From the NCBI GenBank assembly GCA_016699265.1, contig CP064967.1:780001-812000 (forward strand): a stretch of 32,000 bases of DNA. The letters are read 5' to 3'. This DNA comes from Candidatus Saccharimonadota bacterium. Lineage in GTDB: Bacteria; Patescibacteriota; Microgenomatia; UBA1406; GWC2-37-13. The notes under the pieces were generated by a model. That model saw only the letters and a program-made list of their open reading frames with translations, had not been told where the DNA came from and did not search any database. This document shows positions 16,347 through 24,703 of this stretch, one piece after another. A program made the translations under genes and the position numbers. How positions within the stretch are numbered: position 1 is the stretch's first letter; each line of letters begins with the position of its first letter.

Positions 16347-17825
16347 ATGCGAAAAACCCTTCAGACCCTGTTATTTTCCGTAATTATCTCCGTACTTCTC
16401 ATTGCCCATACGGCGATGCTTATTTACAGCCCTTTTACCAATATTCTGAGCCACTCCCTAGTCCATCAAAGGAAATTTATTTCGCTACTTAATAAAACCG
16501 AGAAAACTTCTGATGATTTTGAGTACATTCAGAGATCATTGGCTTTAGTCCAAAAACAATCGTCAACACTTTCAACTCTTATCAAGATGTTATCGAAGAC
16601 TCTACCGCTAAAAAACCTTGTTACCTACGCTGACTCGATCTCATCCGTCTCTTCCCAGTTACCTGAACTATTAGGAAATAAATACGAAGCCCACTATGTT
16701 CTTTTCTTTTATAACAACTACGAACTTCGCCCAGGAGGTGGTTTTATAGGATCTCTGGGCTTCATCACTTTCAAGAACTACACATTAACAAAGTTTGAGG
16801 TACAGGATGTATATGAAATTGATGGTCAGATTAGGGATCATCATGAACCGCACTCCATCGTAAGAAAATATCTAAATCAACCTAATGAATATCTCAGGGA
16901 CTCGAATTTTTCTCCAGACTTTAGCCAGAATGTAAAAAATGCACTCAGATATCTAGAATCTGTGCCTCCATACAATAGGGATTATATCGGAGCAATTGGC
17001 GTAACCACTTCGGCTTTCGAAGATTTACTTCGTTTAACTGGACCAATAGAACTTTCGGATTTTCAGACAACTATCTCAAGCAGCAACTTCTTTGCAATTA
17101 CTCAAAAGAAAATTGAAACAAATTTTTTCCCTGGTTCAAAACAAAAGCGCTCAATTCTCGCGGCTCTAGGTAACGCTGTCAGACACAAACTCGAAGAACT
17201 TCCTCCATTTGTCCTTATAAAATTTATATATAGATCGATCACATCAAAAAACCTAGTGCTGTACTTTCAAAATAGAGAACTTCAAGCTGCAATGTCAAAT
17301 CTGCAGGCTTCAGGCGATCAAAAGTTTTATTATCCAGACTGGATACTCCCAGTTGATACAAATGTAGGGGTTAATAAACTTAACGAGATCGTTCACAAGA
17401 CCTTGAACCTTCAACTCATCCAATCGAATGATTCTGTAATTCATTCCTTCAGATCTACATATTCGAACCCTATAAGCTCAGATGCCCCAAATAAGGAAAC
17501 GTTTAAAAACTACTTACAATTATATCTACCAAAGAACATCACATTGATTAGAGCGCGCCTGAACAATCAAGAAGTAACCAATGAGATTGTTACGACTCGC
17601 GTAGATAATAAAACAATCTTCGGACTATATTTCGAGACCCCACCCGCGTCAAGCACCTCAGTAACGATTGAGTATCGGCTTCCTTTAGTTGGCTTATTAA
17701 GTCAAATCGAGGTTAAGAAACAGCTAGGTGCAGGAACGCCTCTTGTCACGGTAGTCTACAGCAGAGGCGAAACGAAGATAATTAAAAAAGTTCTCGAGTC
17801 AGACGAAGTATTTACTTTACGGTAA
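16347..17825 (+). CDS. DUF4012 domain protein (N-terminal TM anchor)
   Basis: YVLFFYNNYELRPGGGFIGSLGFITF is the DUF4012 hallmark. ATG 16347 is preferred, with TATACT 6 nt upstream; GTG 16329 is an alternative. Confidence 0.75.
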   Translation: MRKTLQTLLFSVIISVLLIAHTAMLIYSPFTNILSHSLVHQRKFISLLNKTEKTSDDFEYIQRSLALVQKQSSTLSTLIKMLSKTLPLKNLVTYADSISSVSSQLPELLGNKYEAHYVLFFYNNYELRPGGGFIGSLGFITFKNYTLTKFEVQDVYEIDGQIRDHHEPHSIVRKYLNQPNEYLRDSNFSPDFSQNVKNALRYLESVPPYNRDYIGAIGVTTSAFEDLLRLTGPIELSDFQTTISSSNFFAITQKKIETNFFPGSKQKRSILAALGNAVRHKLEELPPFVLIKFIYRSITSKNLVLYFQNRELQAAMSNLQASGDQKFYYPDWILPVDTNVGVNKLNEIVHKTLNLQLIQSNDSVIHSFRSTYSNPISSDAPNKETFKNYLQLYLPKNITLIRARLNNQEVTNEIVTTRVDNKTIFGLYFETPPASSTSVTIEYRLPLVGLLSQIEVKKQLGAGTPLVTVVYSRGETKIIKKVLESDEVFTLR

Positions 17826-18495
17826 CACTTGGGACTATCTCGACCGAAGTTATTTTAACGGGACTGACAGGTGTCGACTGTTCGCCTGAGTCTCCGTAGG
17901 TTACTTCTTGAGTTGCAATTGCATCTACAGTATCTAGACCATCTACCACATGACCGAAGATGGTGTAGTTTGGCGGTAGATCCTGATCTTCATGCATTAT
18001 GAAGAATTGACTACCATTCGTGTTTGGTCCCGAGTTAGCCATCGCAACGGTTCCTCTGGTGTATGTTCCGATAAATTTTTCGTCATCAAATTTATATCCT
18101 GGACCTCCTCGACCTGTTCCGGTTGGATCTCCTCCTTGAATCATAAAACCCTTGATAACTCTATGAAAAATCGTAGTATCATAGAATCCTTTACTTGCTA
18201 GAGTAACAAAGTTATTCACGGTCTTAGGAGTCTCTCCTTGATTGAGCTCGATTGTAAATGAACCTTTCGTAGTGGAAACCTTTGCGGTATAGGTCACCTT
18301 AGGATCGATAATTAGCTTTGAGTCTGGCATAGGTTTTGTGGTTGGTGAAATCTGATTATTTGTAACTGGAACACTCTGAGTTTTTGCTCCGGTAAAAACG
18401 ATGTCTAATTTGTCCTTACTGTTTCTCTCATTGTAAATGATAATCCCGCTAAAAAGCGCCAACACCGTGATAACCGCGATAAAAATCTTTAGCAT
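17812..18495 (-). CDS. peptidyl-prolyl cis-trans isomerase, cyclophilin type, membrane-anchored
   Basis: FHRVIKGFMIQGGDPTGTGRGGPGYKFDDE and GTVAMANSGPNTNGSQFFI, with an N-terminal TM helix. It overlaps the convergent DUF4012 gene by 14 nt. Confidence 0.85.
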   Translation of the reverse strand: MLKIFIAVITVLALFSGIIIYNERNSKDKLDIVFTGAKTQSVPVTNNQISPTTKPMPDSKLIIDPKVTYTAKVSTTKGSFTIELNQGETPKTVNNFVTLASKGFYDTTIFHRVIKGFMIQGGDPTGTGRGGPGYKFDDEKFIGTYTRGTVAMANSGPNTNGSQFFIMHEDQDLPPNYTIFGHVVDGLDTVDAIATQEVTYGDSGEQSTPVSPVKITSVEIVPSVTVK

Positions 18496-18504
18496 GGAGA
18501 ATTA

Positions 18505-18876
18505 TTATAACCCTTGAAGGTCGCTTTGGATACTCGCTGCATCAGTTGAAGGAAAGGAGGTGTCAATTTGATCCAAGGTCTCAACCTCATTTTTTGTTGT
18601 TGGACTCACCATTATTTTGGTTGGAACTGGAGTTACTACAACTGAGGTTGGAGTAGCTGGCTGATTATTTGACCGGACATAAAGAAAGTAACTAATAGAA
18701 CAAAGTACGGCCACAATTGCAAATATTAAAAGACCAATTAATGCTTTTGAGGATTTTGGAGAACCTTGGTTTGGAACCGTTACGGCTGCCTGAGCTTCCT
18801 GTACCACTGGTTGAACTTCTGGATTTACAGGATTTACTATTAGAGCGCTTGTTAGTGGTGAGTTTACCGAATCCAT
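18505..18876 (-). CDS. single-TM hypothetical protein with Pro/Thr/Val-rich exterior tail
   Basis: TM helix LIGLLIFAIVAVLCSISYFLYV followed by PATPTSVVVTPVPTKIMVSPTT. The gene lies in tight operon context. Confidence 0.5.
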   Translation of the reverse strand: MDSVNSPLTSALIVNPVNPEVQPVVQEAQAAVTVPNQGSPKSSKALIGLLIFAIVAVLCSISYFLYVRSNNQPATPTSVVVTPVPTKIMVSPTTKNEVETLDQIDTSFPSTDAASIQSDLQGL

Positions 18877-18877
18877 T

Positions 18878-19609
18878 TTATTTCAATAATATAGCAGCTT
18901 CAGCAGCGGTTCTTACAGCTTGCTTTGCATCAACTACTAATGCCTGAGTTGCCTTCATATCTACCATAAAAGCCTTGAAGGCCGCACTTACTACGGCTCC
19001 TAAGGTCGTTTCATCGGTAACTTCCGGGGCATAGTCTTTTCCTGACTGTTCCGATACCTTAGTCTGTGCTGAACTAATCTTAGACTTGGCTGTAGATAAT
19101 GCGGCGGCGGTAGACGCGGTATCTTTACCTAGTGTATTGGCAGACGATACTGAGTCCTCTAATCTTCCAACAACCTCATTTAACTTCTCTAATGCATTAG
19201 TCATCCTTTCAGTATGTTTATTATTTAATCGATCGATATTGGCATCTACTTTTGCGGCTAGCGAAGCTTTTTTGTCGTCCTTAAATTCGCTCAACTTTTC
19301 TCTAAAAGCTAATCTCCTCTCTTTCAGCCTCTCCTTTGTCTCTGCGGCTTTTGAAGCAAGCTCTTCCTGTCGCCCCTTAAACTCTTCTCGTCTCTCCTGT
19401 ATTTTGCTTCTAATCTCGGCTGCTCTAGACGCTAATTTGTCTTTACGCACCTCAAATTTTTCATTGAGTTCCTGTCGGTTTTCAAGCCGTTTTTCGACTT
19501 GTTTTTCTGGACGATTTTCAACTTCATTTCCTGAGGGTGTGGTTGCAGTTACGGTCTGCGGAATGAGAATGAGCAGTGTCAGTAAAATAAAGTAGAGTCG
19601 CTTATTCAT
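18878..19609 (-). CDS. secreted coiled-coil protein
   Basis: Signal peptide MNKRLYFILLTLLILIPQTVTA, then an R/E/K-rich heptad region and an Ala/Ser/Thr-rich C-terminal half. Confidence 0.6.
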   Translation of the reverse strand: MNKRLYFILLTLLILIPQTVTATTPSGNEVENRPEKQVEKRLENRQELNEKFEVRKDKLASRAAEIRSKIQERREEFKGRQEELASKAAETKERLKERRLAFREKLSEFKDDKKASLAAKVDANIDRLNNKHTERMTNALEKLNEVVGRLEDSVSSANTLGKDTASTAAALSTAKSKISSAQTKVSEQSGKDYAPEVTDETTLGAVVSAAFKAFMVDMKATQALVVDAKQAVRTAAEAAILLK

Positions 19610-19646
19610 GGATAAATGATAAAAAAATTAGATATTAAAGTCAAGA

Positions 19647-19988
19647 TCAGGATTTGTGTTTACTCATTTTCTTAAGATCGCTGTGAAGTCGTTGAGAAAT
19701 ATTTTCGGCTGTTACCTGTATTTTATTTTCGATATTTTTCACATTAACATTTAGTAATTTCCAGATTTCTTCATGCTTCTCAGATGCATGATGCTCTAAG
19801 AATATTTTCTTATCTTTGTCACTAAGCTCTGACAGTACGAGGTCTAAAATTGAATGATGTAAAGTTCGTTCAGCCAGCTCCATTAATTGATCTTTATCAA
19901 GATCGCTCAGATCAAAAAGATCCAACCTTACGCGGAGTGAGTCCATCGATACAATTGAGTGATAGAAATGTTTCGGTGTTTGTCTCAT
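19647..19988 (-). CDS. hypothetical protein
   Basis: ATG 19988 lies 1 nt after the upstream TAG (19990-19992); the TTG at 20003 is less likely. No family recognised. Confidence 0.45.
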   Translation of the reverse strand: MRQTPKHFYHSIVSMDSLRVRLDLFDLSDLDKDQLMELAERTLHHSILDLVLSELSDKDKKIFLEHHASEKHEEIWKLLNVNVKNIENKIQVTAENISQRLHSDLKKMSKHKS

Positions 19989-19989
19989 G

Positions 19990-20868
19990 CTAATTAATCT
20001 CAATCGGTCCTAATGGAACTTTATCTTCAGGATCATCGATAAAAAAGTATAACACCGGCCCTTTAGCCGAACCATCAACTCGCTCCAGATGCTTCATTAC
20101 CTCAGGAGATCCACCTAGATGCTTCCCTGTCCAAGGTGATGGCCCCGCATCACCAATTACCACTACCATCGCCTTTCCGTTTTCAGGATTTACAATGAGC
20201 ATTTTTCTAAACTTAAAAAATTCATACAACTCCTTGGTATTTTCATCCCATCCTGGTGATAAAAAAGTCTGAACCGCAATATAATACTTCTCTCGTTCAA
20301 TATCTTTCTGAGTCATTTGATCAAATGATTCGGAAAAATAGCCCCACGCACCTCGTCCTGGAGCCATCCCCGATGCTCCGAATCTATCGAGCTCTTCTGC
20401 ATTACTAAAATGATTAAGAATTGTGTCTCCAGCAAATCTCATAAGATGTTGCTCTGCTCCAATATACCCATAGCTTCTGTTTAAACGCTTACCATCCAAG
20501 CTGCTTTTTATAGGAAGTTTGAAAAACTTCGATAGTTCCGCACCTACTTTGAGTTCCTGATCGGGTGTGAGAATTGAAACATCCTGCGGTAAGTTCTGTG
20601 AAAGGGTAGATATGAGCTCTCCCTGAGTATGTACAATTTCTTGAACCGGAACAATGTCCGGCTGTAGTCCCTGTGCAATAATGGAGGTTGTCACGGGGTG
20701 CGACATAAATAAGAGAATTGCCAACGACCCAGCAGCTACATGCCTCATAGTGCTTTGAAGTGGATTCAGTATCGAACCGTGTCTACTCCAGATTTTATTG
20801 TGAAGATCTCGCTCATTGCCTCCCCATTTTTTATAAAGATCGTTAAATATGCTTTTTTTTCTCGACAT
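19990..20868 (-). CDS. secreted protein with C-terminal RlpA/expansin-like (DPBB) region
   Basis: TM/signal segment AAGSLAILLFMSHPV. C-terminal LIVNPENGKAMVVVIGDAGPSPWTGKHLGGSPEVMKHL resembles the RlpA-type double-psi beta-barrel motif. Judged by eye. Confidence 0.5.
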   Translation of the reverse strand: MSRKKSIFNDLYKKWGGNERDLHNKIWSRHGSILNPLQSTMRHVAAGSLAILLFMSHPVTTSIIAQGLQPDIVPVQEIVHTQGELISTLSQNLPQDVSILTPDQELKVGAELSKFFKLPIKSSLDGKRLNRSYGYIGAEQHLMRFAGDTILNHFSNAEELDRFGASGMAPGRGAWGYFSESFDQMTQKDIEREKYYIAVQTFLSPGWDENTKELYEFFKFRKMLIVNPENGKAMVVVIGDAGPSPWTGKHLGGSPEVMKHLERVDGSAKGPVLYFFIDDPEDKVPLGPIEIN

Positions 20869-20895
20869 GCATTAATGGTATCAGAGATGTAGGAC

Positions 20896-22068
20896 TTAAG
20901 AGAACGCAGACTCCTTATGAACAGTGAGGATAATATTTCTTGAAAGTAGAAATGAGGTAACGCAAAAAAGTGATGCAATTAAAAATGGCGCTTGAATTGA
21001 ATAAAGAGCTATTGTGCCACCAATTATAGGACCCATAATCTGCCCTATACTCAAGTATGAAGCTTGTAAACCAAGAATTGAACCTTGTGATTTTGCATCA
21101 GTTTCTCGAGAAAGGATCGTTTGGGTAAGAGGATTGACAATTCCGTTACCTAAACTCAGCAAAATACAAAGTCCCACAAAAATGGAAAAAATGTTTGCAA
21201 AAAATAATGAAGCAAAAACTATACTTACCCCAAAAAGAGCGAATGTAAAGAGTGAAGTCAGTTTAAATCGCTTTGTAAGTCGAGAAAATATAATCGCTTG
21301 AGTGATCAATCCGGCAATGCCGAAGACTGTAAAAAGAACAGCAAGCAGTTGAGGAGTTAGATGTAAAACCTTTAGTGCAACTGGCTGTAAAGCATAAATA
21401 AATAATCCAAAGGAGGTTGCATACAAAAGAGAGATTAGTAAAGTTCTACCTACCTGTCCTTCAAATAATGCGTGCCATAATCGCGGGAAGTCAAATAATT
21501 TTTTATGTTCAATTTGTCCAATGTGCTTATTGGTTTCTGGGAGAAAGAGCGCAGTAACCAATACCGCAAGTATAGAAACTGAGCCGGCTATGATAAAAGG
21601 AAGCTTGATTGAATAACCAATTGCAAATGCTGAAATTGCAGGGCCAAACACAAAGCCGAATCCAAATGCAGCCCCTATCAATCCAAATCCTTTTGCTCGA
21701 TTTTTTACATCTGTGGCATCGGCAATTACAGCAGAAGCTACAGAAATATTCCCAGCTGTTGCTCCATCAAGGGCTCGTGCAAGAAATAAGAATGCTGCGC
21801 TTGGCGCCCAAGCTGCCATGAAGAAAGAGACTGCAGTTCCAATTAATGAAAAAATAAGTAGTGGTTTTCTTCCATATTTATCCGAGAGTCTCCCTATAAC
21901 GGGGGTGGCAATAAAAGAACACAGTGCAAAGGTTGAAAAGAGGAGGCCATTCTGAAAATCGCTAAGACCAAACTGCCTTGAGTATGAATAGAGAATAGGA
22001 ATAATTATTCCATACCCCAGTGCATTCACGACTGCAATGAGAGCAACGATTGCTAAATTTCTGTTCAT
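20896..22068 (-). CDS. MFS transporter (TetA/DHA1-like), paralogue of 1338-2573
   Basis: ALGYGIIIPILYSY and motif A GRLSDKYGRKPLLIF, with a 12-TM profile. ATG 22068 is preferred over GTG 22104. Confidence 0.8.
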   Translation of the reverse strand: MNRNLAIVALIAVVNALGYGIIIPILYSYSRQFGLSDFQNGLLFSTFALCSFIATPVIGRLSDKYGRKPLLIFSLIGTAVSFFMAAWAPSAAFLFLARALDGATAGNISVASAVIADATDVKNRAKGFGLIGAAFGFGFVFGPAISAFAIGYSIKLPFIIAGSVSILAVLVTALFLPETNKHIGQIEHKKLFDFPRLWHALFEGQVGRTLLISLLYATSFGLFIYALQPVALKVLHLTPQLLAVLFTVFGIAGLITQAIIFSRLTKRFKLTSLFTFALFGVSIVFASLFFANIFSIFVGLCILLSLGNGIVNPLTQTILSRETDAKSQGSILGLQASYLSIGQIMGPIIGGTIALYSIQAPFLIASLFCVTSFLLSRNIILTVHKESAFS

Positions 22069-22131
22069 AATTTTGATTTTTCGAAAATCTGAATGAAGTC
22101 TCACTCATTTCTTGAAGTATGGTTAAGTATA

Positions 22132-22449
22132 TCAGAGAAATTTATTAGCATACTTCTCGAGCTCCTGTATGACCGGAAGTATTGAGCGACCTTTTGTTGT
22201 AAGTCCATATACGACGGAAATCTTGTCCACTGTTTCTTCCTTTCGACTAATTATTTTTTCTTTTTCAAGTTTTTTTAATCGTTGAGTTAAGGTAACTGGA
22301 TTAAGACCATCAAGAGATCTTTGCAATTCGCAAAAACGTTGCTCCTCTTTTGCAAGCGATCCGATAATTGCCAAGGTCCACGTATCTCCCAACAGAGATA
22401 TCGCATCGTTAGTTTTGTCTGATAATTTTTTGCAATGTAATGTTGACAT
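22132..22449 (-). CDS. HxlR family (MarR-like winged helix) transcriptional regulator
   Basis: LLGDTWTLAIIGSL..EEQRFCELQRSL.GLNPVTLTQRLKKLEKEKIISRKE is a typical HxlR/DUF24 signature. TATAAT lies 7 nt upstream of the ATG. Confidence 0.8.
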   Translation of the reverse strand: MSTLHCKKLSDKTNDAISLLGDTWTLAIIGSLAKEEQRFCELQRSLDGLNPVTLTQRLKKLEKEKIISRKEETVDKISVVYGLTTKGRSILPVIQELEKYANKFL

Positions 22450-22460
22450 ACTTAATATTA

Positions 22461-22487
22461 TATAGTACTATAGTTTATATAGCACTA
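22461..22487. promoter_or_regulatory. candidate HxlR operator in divergent promoter region
   Basis: A perfect 12-nt palindrome TATAGTACTATA (22461-22472) overlaps the minus-strand -10 box. The half-site repeats as TATAGCACTA at 22478-22487. Confidence 0.35.
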
Positions 22488-22525
22488 GAAAACTATTATA
22501 ATTCATACGCTATATTATATCTACT

Positions 22526-23143
22526 ATGAAATACACTCACCCAGTGTCTGAGGAAGTCGTTAATAAAACCATTGAAGCTCTTACCAAGAATGGTATATCC
22601 GCAGAATTAGTACAAACGGCAGAAGAGGCAAAGAATAAGCTTCTCTCTCTTATTCCAGAAGGTGCAGAGGTCATGACAATGACCTCGATTACACTTGAGG
22701 AAGCTGGACTCGCTAAGGAACTCAATTCTTCATCAAAATACAAGTCGGTTCGCAATAAACTCGCCTCGATGAATCGTGACACAGAGCATCGCGAAATGCA
22801 AAAATTGGGAGCGGCTCCCGAGTGGGTAGTCGGTAGTGTTCATGCGGTTACCGAAGAGGGTGAGGCTGTGGTCACTTCAGGTACCGGTAGTCAGTTGCCA
22901 GCATATCTCTATGGAGCATCCCATGTTTTGTGGGTTGTCGGCACGCAAAAGATTGTAAAGAATGTAGCAGAGGCAATGAATCGAATTAAAGAACATCTTA
23001 TCCCTCTCGAGTCGGTCCGTGCCCGAAAAGCATACGGTTTACCAGATACTTGGAATACGAATCCAAGTAAAACGGTTGTGATTAACCAAGAAGCTCCTGA
23101 CCGGATTCACATCATTTTTGTGAATCAGAAGCTCGGTTTCTAA
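22526..23143 (+). CDS. LUD domain (LutC/YkgG-like, DUF162) protein
   Basis: Its size and the motifs VMTMTSITLEEAGL, GSVHAVTEEGEAV and VVGTQKIVKN fit the LUD-domain family. Judged by eye. Confidence 0.6.
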   Translation: MKYTHPVSEEVVNKTIEALTKNGISAELVQTAEEAKNKLLSLIPEGAEVMTMTSITLEEAGLAKELNSSSKYKSVRNKLASMNRDTEHREMQKLGAAPEWVVGSVHAVTEEGEAVVTSGTGSQLPAYLYGASHVLWVVGTQKIVKNVAEAMNRIKEHLIPLESVRARKAYGLPDTWNTNPSKTVVINQEAPDRIHIIFVNQKLGF

Positions 23144-23156
23144 CATCAGTGATGAT

Positions 23157-23636
23157 ATGAAACTCAACCCTAAAACATCTATCGGTCACGTTCACCTCAA
23201 GGTCTCGGACCTTGAGCGATCCATTCGTTTTTATACCGAAGTACTAGGATTCGAGCTAACTGCACGTTACGGAACAGGCGCAGCATTTTTGTCTGCTGGT
23301 GGATATCATCATCACATTGGTCTAAATACGTGGGAGAGCGAGGGAGGAACATCGCCAATACATGGGACGACCGGACTTTGTCACTTCGCAATTCTCTATC
23401 CAACCCGTAAAGATCTTGCCAATGCTCTTAAAGAGCTCCAGAAAGCACAATACAAAATCACTGGAGCATCGGATCATGGCGTATCCGAGGCTATCTACTT
23501 AGAAGATCCTGATGGAAATGGTATCGAACTATATTGGGACCGACCAAAATCTATGTGGAAGTATAACTCGGAAAATATAATTGTCATGGGAGTAGAGCCT
23601 TTGAACCTTGATGATTTACTTAAGGAAGCGGATTGA
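23157..23636 (+). CDS. VOC family protein (glyoxalase/bleomycin resistance/extradiol dioxygenase fold)
   Basis: IGHVHLKVSDLERSIRFYTEVLGFEL, GGYHHHIGLNTW and AIYLEDPDGNGIELYWD. Confidence 0.8.
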   Translation: MKLNPKTSIGHVHLKVSDLERSIRFYTEVLGFELTARYGTGAAFLSAGGYHHHIGLNTWESEGGTSPIHGTTGLCHFAILYPTRKDLANALKELQKAQYKITGASDHGVSEAIYLEDPDGNGIELYWDRPKSMWKYNSENIIVMGVEPLNLDDLLKEAD

Positions 23637-23639
23637 TAA

Positions 23640-24047
23640 TCAATCAGCCTTCTTTTGAACCTTGATCGAGAGGGTAAATACAGAGAGCATTACAATCTGG
23701 CAAAGAATACATACCGGACAGATAACTCGAAGCAACACTAACTCCTGATACGCTATCCATAAGCAAAATACAAGACCGAAGGTCGCCATTGAAAGCATTA
23801 GTTTTGGTTTCTTTAGGATAGATGCGATTAAAATAACAACGTATCCAACAAGACCAAATAAAGGAGTCGAGATACCAAAGGTTTTTGAGACAGGTCCGGT
23901 AATAACTGCGTCACAGTTAATCGTTGCGTTTATACTGCATGGTTTAAAAGCTGGTTGTGCTATCTGCTGCCAAAGTAGATATACCGCGAGTAACACTCCG
24001 AACATAGCGAACCATTTTACATACTTAAAAATTGATTCCTTTTTCAT
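23640..24047 (-). CDS. vitamin K epoxide reductase (VKOR) family protein, stand-alone
   Basis: Four TM helices, the loop cysteine pair CSINATINC followed by S..FGISTPLFGLVGY, and the active-site CPVC in the last helix. ATG 24047 is preferred over TTG 24071. Confidence 0.7.
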   Translation of the reverse strand: MKKESIFKYVKWFAMFGVLLAVYLLWQQIAQPAFKPCSINATINCDAVITGPVSKTFGISTPLFGLVGYVVILIASILKKPKLMLSMATFGLVFCLWIAYQELVLLRVICPVCILCQIVMLSVFTLSIKVQKKAD

Positions 24048-24133
24048 AACGAAAAAATTATACACCCACAATCATGGGTTAAGCAACTTTACTATTTATG
24101 TATTAGTGTTATGATGATCATAGAGACATCTAT

Positions 24134-24703
24134 ATGGAAGGTCCAAAGAACATCACCTTAACCTACATCAACATTAGACAGAGCATCTCTATTCTCATTT
24201 TTAAACTCGTTTTTATCGATCTTTTTTTTGCTGGATTAGTTATTGGAGTTTATTTTTTTATCAATACTGCAATCGGTATACTTGAACAATTATCTCTTGA
24301 TCCTAGCATCTTCTTTTTCTTTTTCATCGCAATTGGGATAGTGAAGCTTTTACTCAGTACCTATACTATATTACTTTGGTTAAACGAATACTATGAAATT
24401 ACCCCAGAATTCGTCTCACACCGGAAAGGGATAGTTCACCGAACCCAAGAAAAGTACAAACTTGAAAATTTAAGAAAGATTATTGTAAATAATACTTTAT
24501 TCGGAGAGATGTTTAATTTTGGTACCGTTAGTTTTTTTGACATAAGACTTAATAAGTATTTAGATATGTACCTCATTCATAACCCTGACAGGTATGCAAA
24601 TATATTTAAAAAATTAATTCCTGACATTGAAGTTAAGGAGGACCGTATATGGCTACCTTACATGAAGAAACTAAAAATGCCGAATGAAAATCGTGAAGAT
24701 TAA
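24134..24703 (+). CDS. membrane protein with bacterial PH (bPH_2/YdbS-like) domain
   Basis: Two TM helices then YEITPEFVSHRKGIVHRTQEKYKLENLRKI..NNTLFGEMFNFGTVSF. The stop shares TTAA with the convergent DUF2079 stop. Confidence 0.6.
   Translation: MEGPKNITLTYINIRQSISILIFKLVFIDLFFAGLVIGVYFFINTAIGILEQLSLDPSIFFFFFIAIGIVKLLLSTYTILLWLNEYYEITPEFVSHRKGIVHRTQEKYKLENLRKIIVNNTLFGEMFNFGTVSFFDIRLNKYLDMYLIHNPDRYANIFKKLIPDIEVKEDRIWLPYMKKLKMPNENRED

Noticed and set aside
19086-19595. 169-aa plus-strand ORF opposite the secreted coiled-coil gene.
   Set aside because: It is a Ser/Leu/Ala-rich mirror image of the K/E/A codon repeats of the real minus-strand gene. This is a typical antisense shadow ORF with no start context.
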